Translations under genes and position numbers: made by a program
The notes under the pieces: generated by a model
Told to the model about the DNA's origin: nothing
Databases searched by the model: none
Seen by the model: the letters and a program-made list of their open reading frames with translations, nothing else
DNA from: an uncultured bacterium
GTDB lineage: Bacteria; Hydrogenedentota; Hydrogenedentia; Hydrogenedentales; JAEUWI01
DNA length: 31,696 nt
Assembly (NCBI GenBank): GCA_963977445.1
Contig: CAXBPH010000055.1
Coordinates: forward strand, 1-31,696
Direction of reading: 5' to 3'
Part shown: positions 1 through 9,453 of the stretch, piece by piece
Position numbering within the stretch: the stretch's first letter is position 1
Layout: each line of letters begins with the position of its first letter

Positions 1-468
1 GCAAGACATGCCGAGGACGTTGACTTCAGGCTGGAGAAACAAGAAAAAAGGGCTACGGGTATTTCCGTGTGAGGGGGCGGGTGTGTCTCTATCACGCAAC
101 TGCACCCACAAGCTTAGCCGGGGACCGGCTGCGCGTGTAGGTGGCACCCCGTGGCATTCTTCCGCTCGAATTTTCCAAATTGACGCGCATGTAGGTAATT
201 GCGACGACAACGACGGAGCATGGTGACGATGGAACGCATAGCAAACAAAGAAACCCTCGGGTGCCACCTACACGGACACGAGGTACGAGTGGCCTTGTGG
301 GTGCAAGACATGCCGAGGACGTTGACTTCAGGCTGGAGAAACAAGAAAAAAGGGCTATGGGTATTTCCGTGTGAGGGGGCGGGTGTGTCTCCATCACGCA
401 ACTGCACCCACAAGCTTAGCCGGGAACCGGCTGCGCGTGTAGGTGGCACCCCGTGGCATTCTTCCGCT
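1..468. repeat. Tandem direct repeat, 302-bp offset (1-166 vs 303-468); the first copy is cut by the window edge
   Basis: Direct comparison shows 3 mismatches in 166 bp. Confidence 0.95.
259..451. repeat. Palindromic REP/MITE-like element, family A (complete copy)
   Basis: Perfect 16-bp terminal IR GGGTGCCACCTACACG (259-274 / 436-451) and inner 12-bp IR CTTGTGGGTGCA (294-305 / 403-414). Confidence 0.85.
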
Positions 469-527
469 ACTCCAATCCGCGGCAAGAGTAAGGGACCTGC
501 TCTTATGACAGTAGAGGTCAACTGACC

Positions 528-1655
528 ATGGAACGTCTCAGGAAATATCTCGTCTACACCATCCTCATCGGGTGGCTTTGTGCCGTGGCCCTGCCCATGA
601 TTTGGGTGCTGTTGAATTCCCTGCGCAGTTCCAAAGAGTTTGTGCAAAATCCCTTTGGCATGCCTTGGCTCATTGGCGGGGTGCCCGCTGACGGTCTCCT
701 GGAACCTGCGGAGATTGGGGCTGCAATTAAAGGCGCGAAGGATACGCCCCCCACAGGTATTACCCGTGCGGAACTGGATTGGCTCCAGGAAAACTTTGAG
801 ACCATCGACAAGGACAACAACGGTGCCCTGGAAGCGGGAACGACTTATGGCCATCCGGAACAGACCCTTGAAGCCGATACGATTGCCGCGATTGAAGAGT
901 CCGTCAGTCGTCCACTGGCGCTCCAGGCCGCCTTCGATAACTACCGAAATGCCTGGGTGGAATCCAACTTCAGTGGCTTCTTCTTCAACAGTGTGTGGGT
1001 GACCTTCTGGTCCTTGTTGGGGACACTGGCCCTGGCGAGTATGGCGGCCTATGTGCTCGCGCGTTTTGAGTTTCGGGGAAATCGTTTTCTTTTCATGTTT
1101 TTCATCAGTGGCATGATGATTCCCGCCCAGCTATTGCTTATACCGGTGTTTTTTGAGTTCAGTTGGTTCTCCGATATGGGCACGGCCCTGCTCCGGCCCT
1201 TCGGGTGGACGTTTCAACTCTACGACTCCCATTTCGGCCTCATCATGCTCTACATTGCGCTCAGTTTACCCTTTACGATTCTGGTGCTGAGCGGCTTCTT
1301 CAAATCCCTGCCCGGCGCGTTGCGCGAAGCGGCCATTCTCGATGGCTGTGGGGAATATCGGGTCTTCTGGCACGTTATGCTGCCCTTGGCGAAACCGGGC
1401 CTGATAACGGCCGGGATTTTTAACTTCCTGGGCATCTGGAACGAATACATCTTCGCCCTGGTTTTCGTGAACACGGCGGAGAAGAAGACCCTGCCGCTGG
1501 GCCTGGCGAGCGTCAGTATTCAGGCCCAATACAAGACGGATTTCGGACTCATGTTTGCCGGCCTGGTTATTGTTGTGATCCCGACCTTGCTGGTGTACAT
1601 GATTTTGCAGCGGAAGCTGACCGAAGGGATTACGATGGGTGCCCTGAAGGGGTAG
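528..1655 (+). CDS. Carbohydrate ABC transporter permease (MalG-like) with a long extracytoplasmic insertion
   Basis: FxNSxxVT, AAYVLARFEFRG, EAA loop (LREAAILDGCGEYRVFWHVMLPLAKPG), WNEY, C-terminal GALKG. RBS GAGG upstream. Confidence 0.95.
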   Translation: MERLRKYLVYTILIGWLCAVALPMIWVLLNSLRSSKEFVQNPFGMPWLIGGVPADGLLEPAEIGAAIKGAKDTPPTGITRAELDWLQENFETIDKDNNGALEAGTTYGHPEQTLEADTIAAIEESVSRPLALQAAFDNYRNAWVESNFSGFFFNSVWVTFWSLLGTLALASMAAYVLARFEFRGNRFLFMFFISGMMIPAQLLLIPVFFEFSWFSDMGTALLRPFGWTFQLYDSHFGLIMLYIALSLPFTILVLSGFFKSLPGALREAAILDGCGEYRVFWHVMLPLAKPGLITAGIFNFLGIWNEYIFALVFVNTAEKKTLPLGLASVSIQAQYKTDFGLMFAGLVIVVIPTLLVYMILQRKLTEGITMGALKG

Positions 1656-1781
1656 GGCCTGGATTGACCCCACAAACATTTGGGTCAGCCATTCTATGGA
1701 GCGCCGTCGGCCCGACGGCATCCCTGCGATCGCACCGGTCGCCGTCCTGCCGCAATCCTGCTTACCCAATCCCCTGAAACT

Positions 1782-1815
1782 AAAAAGGCCCCACAGGGAC
1801 GAAGCCCGTGGGACC
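1782..1815 (-). terminator. Probable intrinsic terminator of the GDPD gene
   Basis: Minus strand reads GGTCCCACGGG-CTTCGT-CCCTGTGGGGCC-TTTTT, about 20 nt after the stop codon. Confidence 0.65.
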
Positions 1816-1834
1816 ATTTCAATGTGTTTTCAGG

Positions 1835-2779
1835 TTATCGCATTTCCGCCAACACGGCACGAAGGTCATCGGGGCGGTTGGTGATAATGGCGTCTACGCC
1901 CATGTCGATATATCGCGTCATGTCTTCTTTGCCGTCTACGGTCCAGACGGCGACCGTCTTGCGGGCGTCGTGGAACAAGGCAAGTCGCTCTGGATTAATG
2001 GAGGGGTGGCTGACGTTAAACCCGTCGACGTCGATGAGCATGCCCCACTTGACGAAGGCGTCCCACTGCTCGGGCTTTTCCTCGTTGTAGCCGCCCAGGT
2101 ATTCGGTGCGTATTTCGGGGGCTTCCAGGAGGGCAATCAGGCAGATGACGGGGGAGAAGGATTGAATAACCGCCTGTTTCGTCATGCCGGTTGCGCGGAT
2201 ATCCGCGATTGATTTACGGGCCAGTAATACGTTGCGGTTTCCACTGGCGTCGGCGAGGCGCAGCATTTCGTCTTTGGCTTCCTGGTCGAGCATGTTCTTG
2301 CCATTGAGGCGTTCGGTGGCGGCCCAGAGCTGGACCATGAGTTCGCCGTCATTGGCGATGCTCTTTATTTCGACATAAACGCCGATGCGATCTTTCGCCA
2401 TGGACAGCGATTCTTCCAGGGTGGGGAGGGTTTCACCCGTGAATTTGGCATCGTACCAGCTGCCCGCATCAAGTGCCTTTAATTCGGCCAAGGTTTTGTC
2501 GGCCACGGGCCCGGTGGCATTGGTGCAGCGGTCGAGTGTGCCATCGTGGGAAACGATGACGACCTCGTCCTTCGTCAGGAGGCAGTCCAGCTCGTACCAA
2601 TCGGCATCCAGTTCGACGGCGCGCTCGAAGGCGGCAAGGGTATTCTCTGGTGCGTAGGCGCTGGCACCGCGGTGGGCGATAACGGCCACCTTGTCTTTGG
2701 GCTCGATCATGGTGGTCCCTGTTGTGGCACAGCCGGCCAGTGAAAGCAAGGTGAAGGTCAAAATTGCACTGCGTAGCAT
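1835..2779 (-). CDS. Glycerophosphodiester phosphodiesterase family lipoprotein
   Basis: IAHRGASAYAPENT, ELD, HD, IQSF, WTVD and ITNRPD motifs. Start moved to ATG 2779 (AGGAG RBS), which gives a signal peptide with lipobox LAGC. Confidence 0.93.
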   Translation of the reverse strand: MLRSAILTFTLLSLAGCATTGTTMIEPKDKVAVIAHRGASAYAPENTLAAFERAVELDADWYELDCLLTKDEVVIVSHDGTLDRCTNATGPVADKTLAELKALDAGSWYDAKFTGETLPTLEESLSMAKDRIGVYVEIKSIANDGELMVQLWAATERLNGKNMLDQEAKDEMLRLADASGNRNVLLARKSIADIRATGMTKQAVIQSFSPVICLIALLEAPEIRTEYLGGYNEEKPEQWDAFVKWGMLIDVDGFNVSHPSINPERLALFHDARKTVAVWTVDGKEDMTRYIDMGVDAIITNRPDDLRAVLAEMR

Positions 2780-2856
2780 GGGAAACTCCTGTAAAAAAAG
2801 TGGCATCGAAATTCGGCCCAGTATGCCTGTGGGGAGTTTGGATTTCAATGGAACCT

Positions 2857-2894
2857 AAAAAAACATCGAACCGTTCGCGTGAACGGTTCGACGT
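2857..2894 (-). terminator. Intrinsic terminator downstream of the Fe-ADH gene
   Basis: Perfect 11-bp stem TCGAACCGTTC / GAACGGTTCGA followed by a T7 run on the minus strand. Confidence 0.8.
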
Positions 2895-2931
2895 GAGAAT
2901 TAAGGGATGTTATCGAAGACGAGTGGCTGGA

Positions 2932-4059
2932 TTAAAGGGCTTCCTTAAACAAGGCCTCAAAATCTTCGGCGCTTACGTCGCGAACATTGCAACCATGGCA
3001 TACATCTTTAACGGCGATTTTCACCAGGGCAGCGATGTGTTCTTCCTTTACGCCTACGGCACTGAGGTTGGCGGGCAGGCCGAGGGTGGCGTTAAACTGC
3101 TCCAGCCAGGCGTCGAAGCTGAGCGTGGTGTCCACAGCGGCCTGGAGGCGTGCCATGCGGTCGGGGAGGGTTGCGGCGTTGAAGCGCATGCAGGTGGGCA
3201 GCATGAGGGCGATGGCCATGCCGTGGTGGAGGTCGCAGACGGCAGACAGGGCGTGGGCGCAGGAGTGGGTTACGCCGAGGCCCTTCTGGAAGGCGGTAGC
3301 GCCCATGGAGGACGCCATGAGCATGTTGCCCCGGGCCACGATGTTGGTGGGCTCCTTCACGGCAGTTTCCAGATTGTCTTTCACCATGCGGATGCCTTCG
3401 AGGGCGATGCCGTCGGCCATGGGGTGATAGCCCTTGGCGAGGAAGGCCTCGACGCTGTGGGAGAGTGCGTCCACACCGGTGGCAGCGGTCACGCCAGCCG
3501 GGAGGCCCACGGTGAGCTCGGGATCGGCCACCACGAGGGGCGGCATCATGCGGGCGTCAAAGATAATGCGCTTTACATGGTTTTCGTCGGAGATAACACT
3601 GCTGCGGCCCACTTCGCTTCCGGTGCCGGCGGTAGTTGGCACGCAGATGTTATAGGGGATTTCCTTGTCCACCGGGGGCACGTCGGGGTTGCCATCTTCA
3701 TAGTCGAAGACGTCACCGGGGTGGTTAATCATGAGGGCGATGACTTTGCCCACGTCCAAGGCTGCGCCGCCACCGAGGATGATGAAGGAGTCGGCATTGT
3801 GGGCCCGGTAGGCGTCGACGCCATTAGTCACCTGGGGTTTGTCGGGGTTGCCCTGGATGCCACTGTAAACGGCGGCTTCCAGCCCTTCGCCCTTCAGGGT
3901 TTCGACCATTTCGGCGACGAAGGGCAGGCCCGCGATGCCTTTATCGGTCACGATGAGGGGGCGCGATTTACCCTGGGCCTGAAGGAGGCCACCCAGTTGC
4001 GCACGGGAGCCCGGGCCAAAAATCATGCGGGTGGGAAAGTTGTAGGAAGCTGCTTGCAT
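2932..4059 (-). CDS. Iron-containing alcohol dehydrogenase
   Basis: GGGAALD, VPTTAGTGSE, DALSHSVE and HSCAH...HHG metal-ligand motifs. Confidence 0.95.
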   Translation of the reverse strand: MQAASYNFPTRMIFGPGSRAQLGGLLQAQGKSRPLIVTDKGIAGLPFVAEMVETLKGEGLEAAVYSGIQGNPDKPQVTNGVDAYRAHNADSFIILGGGAALDVGKVIALMINHPGDVFDYEDGNPDVPPVDKEIPYNICVPTTAGTGSEVGRSSVISDENHVKRIIFDARMMPPLVVADPELTVGLPAGVTAATGVDALSHSVEAFLAKGYHPMADGIALEGIRMVKDNLETAVKEPTNIVARGNMLMASSMGATAFQKGLGVTHSCAHALSAVCDLHHGMAIALMLPTCMRFNAATLPDRMARLQAAVDTTLSFDAWLEQFNATLGLPANLSAVGVKEEHIAALVKIAVKDVCHGCNVRDVSAEDFEALFKEAL

Positions 4060-4094
4060 GGTGGGTTCCTTTTTTGGGGCGTTGGAGCCGGAAA

Positions 4095-4940
4095 CTAACT
4101 GAAAAAGTGGTTCAGCCAGTTGGTGAATTCGATTTCGCGGAAGTTGTCGTCCATGATGTCGTCATCGAAGCCAAGTTGCCAGCGGAGGTCCTTTCGGTGT
4201 GGCTCGGCGATCAATTGATTTAGACGGGCGACGTAGTCGGCCATACCCGCGTTTTCGCCGAAGAAATCCAAGCGGGTGAGCTTTTCTTCTCGGGCTTCGA
4301 TGAGTCGGGCCACTTCCTGGAGGTCATATTCGGGGTGATATTGGACGGCCCACATTTCGCCATTCTTGAATTTGAACGAGGCGGCCTGGACGTGGCTCCA
4401 GCCATTGCTGGCGAGGAGCGTGGCTCCCTCGGGCATACGCTTCACCTCATCATCGTGACTCATGAAATGAGAAAAGACGGGGGTTTTACCGGCATACATG
4501 GGGTGGGCAATACCGGCTTCATTCAGCAGGATTTTTTGCCCAACGCCCATTTCGCGGCCTAAATCGCAGGGCCCGCACTCACCACCGGCGACGACGGCGG
4601 CTACCTGGATGGCCCAGCAGCTTCCAAATTGGGGCAGACCCAATTCGAAGCCTTTGTCGCACAAATCAAGGTGGCGCTTTACCTCGGGCAAATCATGGTA
4701 GACGGTCATATTGCAGCCGGGCCACAGGATTCCGTCGAACTTTTTCAGTTCTTCAATGGGAAACTCGTCGTAGGTGTCTTCGTCGCTGCTCAGCCAGATT
4801 TCAAAATCGGCTTCGGGCATGTGTTTTGCCAGCAGGTCGCGGTAAAGTTCCCACGCGAGACGCATGCGCACTTCGGCAAATTTCGCTCGACTCTCCCGAT
4901 TGTAGCCGTCGGGAATCAGAAAGCGCTTCTTGGTTGACAT
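4095..4940 (-). CDS. Class I glutamine amidotransferase-like protein (stand-alone GMP-synthase-type GATase domain)
   Basis: Nucleophile elbow GSCWAIQ, SHDDEV and QYHPE (Cys-His-Glu triad). AGGAG RBS. Confidence 0.9.
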   Translation of the reverse strand: MSTKKRFLIPDGYNRESRAKFAEVRMRLAWELYRDLLAKHMPEADFEIWLSSDEDTYDEFPIEELKKFDGILWPGCNMTVYHDLPEVKRHLDLCDKGFELGLPQFGSCWAIQVAAVVAGGECGPCDLGREMGVGQKILLNEAGIAHPMYAGKTPVFSHFMSHDDEVKRMPEGATLLASNGWSHVQAASFKFKNGEMWAVQYHPEYDLQEVARLIEAREEKLTRLDFFGENAGMADYVARLNQLIAEPHRKDLRWQLGFDDDIMDDNFREIEFTNWLNHFFS

Positions 4941-5028
4941 GGGGTACTCCTGTTACTGAAAGGACCGATTAATTCTGGTCGACGGGCTGCCCATTGCAGC
5001 GCGCCAGGGCGTAACACGCCTGTCCCGA

Positions 5029-5790
5029 CTATCCGGCTATCCCTTTCAGGATTTCCGGTAACTGACGATATTCGCTGCACACCGCATCGGGGGTGTGACC
5101 ATCGAGGGGTCGATCTTTCACGACGGTCAGCAGAACGCCCCGTGCGCCGACCGCGTGGGGGCCGCCGATGTCATTGTGGGGACGGTCGCCAATGTGGACG
5201 ATATCCCGAATGTTCACGGAGAAGGCGTCGGCGACAGATTCGAATACCCGGGGATGGGGCTTGGAATGGCCCAATTCATCGGAGAACACGAAATGGTCGA
5301 AATAGGGCAGCATGCCTGCCCCGTCGAGCAATTTGCGGAGGTTGGTGCCGGGGCTGAAGATGGTATCGGATACGATGGCGAGGGGGTACGTCCCGTGGAT
5401 GGCCTGGAGGGCTTCGAGGGCACCGGGCGCGGGATCGGGGCTGAATTCGAGTTCCATGTCCTCATGGATTTGCACCAATTCCGCAAAATCCGCCTCGGGG
5501 AGCGTGCGCCCCAGGCCATTGAGGAGAATTTCCAGCCGCTCGGCCACACTCATGGTCACATGGAGGTCGTGCCACACCTTGCGATAGGCGGCATCGGCCA
5601 CGTTGTAGGCCAAATCGACCTTATCCCGGTCGATGGGGGCCTGACGGAGGAGATAATCGTGAACTAACTGCCGGCGTTCAACGGGTTTAGGGGGACGGCC
5701 GGCGGCTTTTCGCTTGGGCTCGTCGGTTTCGTCGCAGAACAGACAGTCCCACAGGTCGAATGTAACTGCACCAATGGGACGTTTTATCAT
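5029..5790 (-). CDS. HAD-superfamily hydrolase
   Basis: Motif I FDLWDCL, motif II VSD, motif III KPHP and motif IV HIGDRPHNDI. Confidence 0.92.
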   Translation of the reverse strand: MIKRPIGAVTFDLWDCLFCDETDEPKRKAAGRPPKPVERRQLVHDYLLRQAPIDRDKVDLAYNVADAAYRKVWHDLHVTMSVAERLEILLNGLGRTLPEADFAELVQIHEDMELEFSPDPAPGALEALQAIHGTYPLAIVSDTIFSPGTNLRKLLDGAGMLPYFDHFVFSDELGHSKPHPRVFESVADAFSVNIRDIVHIGDRPHNDIGGPHAVGARGVLLTVVKDRPLDGHTPDAVCSEYRQLPEILKGIAG

Positions 5791-6071
5791 GTTTGCCTAC
5801 CTCGTTGGGGTGTGGTTGCTTACAGAATGCTCACATCGAAACGGAAATTATTGCTGAAGACGCTGAAAGCGTGGCAGCGGCCATGGCTGGCGTGACTATG
5901 GGACGGTGCGCGACGCGGTCCCATCCAGGAAGGGGAGGGGTCCCACGGGGAGATCCTATCATATGGATCTGGAGTAAGACAATAATAAGGCCAACTCAGT
6001 TGGCCCGGCAACCCTACGAGGTCGAAGGGTCACGGACAGATTCAAGTAATAATAAAGGGAATATCGATAAG

Positions 6072-6102
6072 TTACCCGACCCGGCACTACCAGATCGGGT
6101 AA
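6072..6102 (-). terminator. 3' stem-loop after the GH38 gene (terminator or mRNA-stabilising hairpin)
   Basis: 13-bp stem TTACCCGATCTGG / CCGGGTCGGGTAA with two G-U pairs that form only on the minus strand, 10 nt after the stop. The U-tract is weak. Confidence 0.5.
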
Positions 6103-6112
6103 TATGGCTCGT

Positions 6113-9100
6113 TCATCGTTGCAGTCGTAGCGTGCGGACCTGGAAGGGCGTGAAAGTGATCTTCAGGCCCTGGGCGCCCACGGACATCACGCTTTCGTCG
6201 TCCTCCATGCAATTGGTCTCAACGACGCCGGTAACCCAGGTCGGGAGCTGGAGGGTGTGGTGACTGTGCCAGCCGTGGGCTTCAAAAAGGCGCACAATAA
6301 CGGTGCTGTCGTCTTCGGCCTTCTTTACGGCGTCGATGACCACGTTTACGCCGTCGATGGACAGAAAGGATGGTGCGACGTCCGCGGTACCTTTTCGCGC
6401 CTTTGAAACCCGTTCCTGTAGGGGCGTATTCAATTCGTAGCCTTCGCGGACCAGTCCTGCGCTGAAATCGCCTGCGTGGGGCAGGAGGCTGTAGGTGAAG
6501 CGGTGGGTCTGGTTGATGTCGGCGTGGAGTCCGGGGTTGGTGGTGGCCCGGAGCAGGCTGAGACGCATGACATTTTTGTGGACGTCGTAGCCGTATTTGC
6601 AGTCATTGAGCAGGGCGACACCGTAGTTACCTTCGGAGAGATCCGCCCATTTGTGGGCCGAGACTTCAAAGCGTGCGAAGTCCTGGGGCATGTTGCGGTG
6701 GGTGGGCCGCTCGATACTGCCATATTGGATTTCGTAACGGGCTTTTTCGGAGCGGACCGCGACAGGGAAAGCGACTTTGAGGAAGACGTTGTTTTCTGCG
6801 CCCCATTCGATGGTCGTTTCGAAATCGATACGGGCGGAATCGGCCGTGACGATGATGTCCTGAGTAAGTAAAGATTTGCTGATGCGACGTTGTTGACGGA
6901 GGACGGTGCGGACGGGCCCGTGCTCGACGATTTCATTCTGGAGTAATTCGCCGTCGACGACGAGGGGTTTGTCTTCGTAGAAAATATCGAGATCCCACGA
7001 ATCGCCCGTGCTGGCCATTTTATCTTCATAGAGAATGAACTGGTTGCCCGTGCTTCCCGTGGCGAGGACCTCGCGGTTTTGGGCTTTGTCGACGACGCGA
7101 CAGAGCCGTCCCCGCTTATCGAAGGTGAGCTTGAGCAGGTCATTTTCCAGGGTTGCCGGGGAGGCTTTCTCTATCGGTATTTCTTCGCCCGGCTCCAGGG
7201 AAAAAACACCGTGGCCCATGGCGGGGACGGTTCCACGAAAACGGAGGTAGCCATCGATGCCCCGCTGCACGGGAAGCGCCTTACCCACGTTATCGCGGGC
7301 CACGAGGGAACGGTCCTTCAATTCATCAATATCAGCGACGGTGATGGTGTCTTCCCGTTCCCAACTCAGGCTACTGAAGGCAAGGACGTTTGTGGCACTG
7401 GCGGAGCCGGAGACCTTTTGCGTGATGTAGGCCAATGCGTCTTCGAGGACTGTATCTACGGTGGAAAAAAGTTCCGTAAACTGGGCCTCCGAATCACGGT
7501 AGACTTCGTCGATGGAACTGCCGGGCAAGATGTCGTGAAACTGATTGAGGAGGAGAATCTTCCAGGCACCATTGAGGGCCTTCTGGTCATAGGTCGCGCC
7601 GAGGGTCATGGCGACGGTGGACCAGAGCTCGGCCTCCCGGAGGAGCATTTCGGCCTTGCGATTGTTGCGCTTCACAAGGCCCTGGCTGGTGTAGCAGCCC
7701 CGGTGCAGTTCCAGATACATTTCGCCCAGCCAGCGGGGCAGCTTGGTGGATTCCTTTTCCAGGCGCTCAAAGAATTGCAGGGCCGACATGGCTTCGAGAC
7801 GGGGCATGCCGTCGAAGTTCTCATAGCGCTTGTGTCGTTCCAACTGGGGCCGGGCCGGGCCACCACCGCCGTCTCCATGGCCAAAGGGCAGGGCCTGGAT
7901 GGGACTGCGGTCGCGCTCGGTGTAGTCGTGGGCACCGGAGCGGATAAGCCAGGGCTCCAGCTTTGAGCTGTATTCTTCGGCGGGCATGTAGTGGGCGAGC
8001 ACCTGGCTGCCGTCGATGCCTTCCCAGTGAAAGGAGTTGTAGGGGAATTTCACAAACTGATTGAGGGCCAGCTTGGCGGTAAAGAAATAATCGATGCCGC
8101 TGCGTTTGAGTATTTGGGGCAGGGCGGCCGAGTAACCAAAGACATCGGGCAACCAGAGCACTTTGGATTCCACGCCGAACTCGTCGCGGAAAAAACGGGT
8201 GCCAAAGAGGAGTTGGCGCACGAGGCTTTCGCCATTGGGGATGTTGCAGTCGGGCTCGACCCACATGGCACCGTCGGCAATCCAGCGTCCCTCCTGAATG
8301 CGTTCCTTCGCCCGCTTATAGAGGCTGGGATAGGTGTTTTTGACGAACTCATAGAGATGGGGCTGACTCTGGATGAAATTAAAGTCCGGGTACTCTTCCA
8401 TGATCTCCAGCACGTTGGAAAAGGTGCGCCCACTTTTGCGGACACTCTCCGCCAGGGGCCATTTCCACGCCACGTCGATGTGGGCGTGGCCCATGGTCGC
8501 CATGACGGGGGCCGCACCGCCTGCTTTCGCCGCGAGGATGGGCTGGAGGCGCTTCGAGACAGCCCGGGCCTGTTGGCTGAGTTCATCGTCGGTGGGGTCG
8601 CCATAGTCGAAGAGGTCGACGGCTTCATTGAGGGCAAAGGCAACTTGTGCGCAGCGGGGGTCGTCTTCCCGGGGCGTAAGATAGGGCTTGCCGGTCCAAT
8701 CACAATGGACCGTCGGGTCAATCATGTCGAAGAGGGCCGAGAGATCCCAAAAGGCATCCCATACCTCCCGATTGCACACGGCCACTTCGGGCTGATGCAT
8801 GGTGCGCACTTCGAAGGCCCCCAGCCGTGCGTTGGCACCGGCCTCCACATAGAGGTCAAGTTTTTCGCCGCCCGTCGCCTTGGGGAAGAGCATGTATTCC
8901 TTCCGCGTCCAGCAGAGTCCCTGAACGGGTTCGCCGTCGCGAAAGATGAGACATTCGCTGTTTTCCAAATCGAGAAGGAGCTTAACACAACGACCTTTCA
9001 TCGATTTGGGTACGGTAAAACGCAGGCGAAACCAGGCCGAGCCCCAGTTTTCTCCCCAACGAAAGCCAGCGGACACGGGGGTGTAGTGCAGCTTTTGGGC

Positions 9101-9256
9101 CTCGGTGAGGGTCAGGTGATCCATGGTTTCGGTAACAGTAACGTCGGCGATGGCTTCCCGTTGGGGATAGATAAAACGGGACTTAATCTCGGCGATGCGC
9201 TCTTTAACTTTTTTCAGATAGAGGGCGTCGCGACGTTGGATGCTGGCTTTGGCCAT
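6113..9256 (-). CDS. Alpha-mannosidase, glycoside hydrolase family 38
   Basis: GHAHIDVAW (Zn ligands), LWLPDVFGY (nucleophile Asp), GHGDGGGG, YLELHRG, NQFHDILPGSSI and LLNDCKYG. AGGAG RBS. Confidence 0.97.
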   Translation of the reverse strand: MAKASIQRRDALYLKKVKERIAEIKSRFIYPQREAIADVTVTETMDHLTLTEAQKLHYTPVSAGFRWGENWGSAWFRLRFTVPKSMKGRCVKLLLDLENSECLIFRDGEPVQGLCWTRKEYMLFPKATGGEKLDLYVEAGANARLGAFEVRTMHQPEVAVCNREVWDAFWDLSALFDMIDPTVHCDWTGKPYLTPREDDPRCAQVAFALNEAVDLFDYGDPTDDELSQQARAVSKRLQPILAAKAGGAAPVMATMGHAHIDVAWKWPLAESVRKSGRTFSNVLEIMEEYPDFNFIQSQPHLYEFVKNTYPSLYKRAKERIQEGRWIADGAMWVEPDCNIPNGESLVRQLLFGTRFFRDEFGVESKVLWLPDVFGYSAALPQILKRSGIDYFFTAKLALNQFVKFPYNSFHWEGIDGSQVLAHYMPAEEYSSKLEPWLIRSGAHDYTERDRSPIQALPFGHGDGGGGPARPQLERHKRYENFDGMPRLEAMSALQFFERLEKESTKLPRWLGEMYLELHRGCYTSQGLVKRNNRKAEMLLREAELWSTVAMTLGATYDQKALNGAWKILLLNQFHDILPGSSIDEVYRDSEAQFTELFSTVDTVLEDALAYITQKVSGSASATNVLAFSSLSWEREDTITVADIDELKDRSLVARDNVGKALPVQRGIDGYLRFRGTVPAMGHGVFSLEPGEEIPIEKASPATLENDLLKLTFDKRGRLCRVVDKAQNREVLATGSTGNQFILYEDKMASTGDSWDLDIFYEDKPLVVDGELLQNEIVEHGPVRTVLRQQRRISKSLLTQDIIVTADSARIDFETTIEWGAENNVFLKVAFPVAVRSEKARYEIQYGSIERPTHRNMPQDFARFEVSAHKWADLSEGNYGVALLNDCKYGYDVHKNVMRLSLLRATTNPGLHADINQTHRFTYSLLPHAGDFSAGLVREGYELNTPLQERVSKARKGTADVAPSFLSIDGVNVVIDAVKKAEDDSTVIVRLFEAHGWHSHHTLQLPTWVTGVVETNCMEDDESVMSVGAQGLKITFTPFQVRTLRLQR

Positions 9257-9363
9257 GGGATGCTCCTGGATGGGATGGGGATTTGATGAGCCGGTAGTCT
9301 AGCGGTAAGTCGGGGTGGAGATCGAGGCGTTGGGGAAAGGCGTTGGGGACGGCCCCGACCTAA

Positions 9364-9453
9364 ACGACCACCGTGTATTTCGACATCATCTTTGGCACCA
9401 AGACGAGGGCGTCGCTTCGGCATGGTGGGCGAGGTCGGTGCAGTCCCCGGTAG
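9364..9453 (+). pseudogene. Possible relic of an IS200/RAYT (Y1 HUH) transposase 5' end
   Basis: Stop-bounded frame reads TTTVYFDIIFGTKTRASL, resembling the TnpA N-terminal YHIIFxTKxR motif. It has no HUH motif or catalytic Tyr. Confidence 0.3.

Noticed and set aside
1..525. ORFs 8-226, 199-525, 92-397 and 114-854
   Set aside because: They are translations of the repeat element or antisense to the permease, with no protein-like motifs.
2932..4059. Fe-ADH as KdnB (8-amino-Kdo synthesis) linked to kdsB
   Set aside because: It lies 8 kb away in a different transcription unit and no KdnA-like aminotransferase is in the window.
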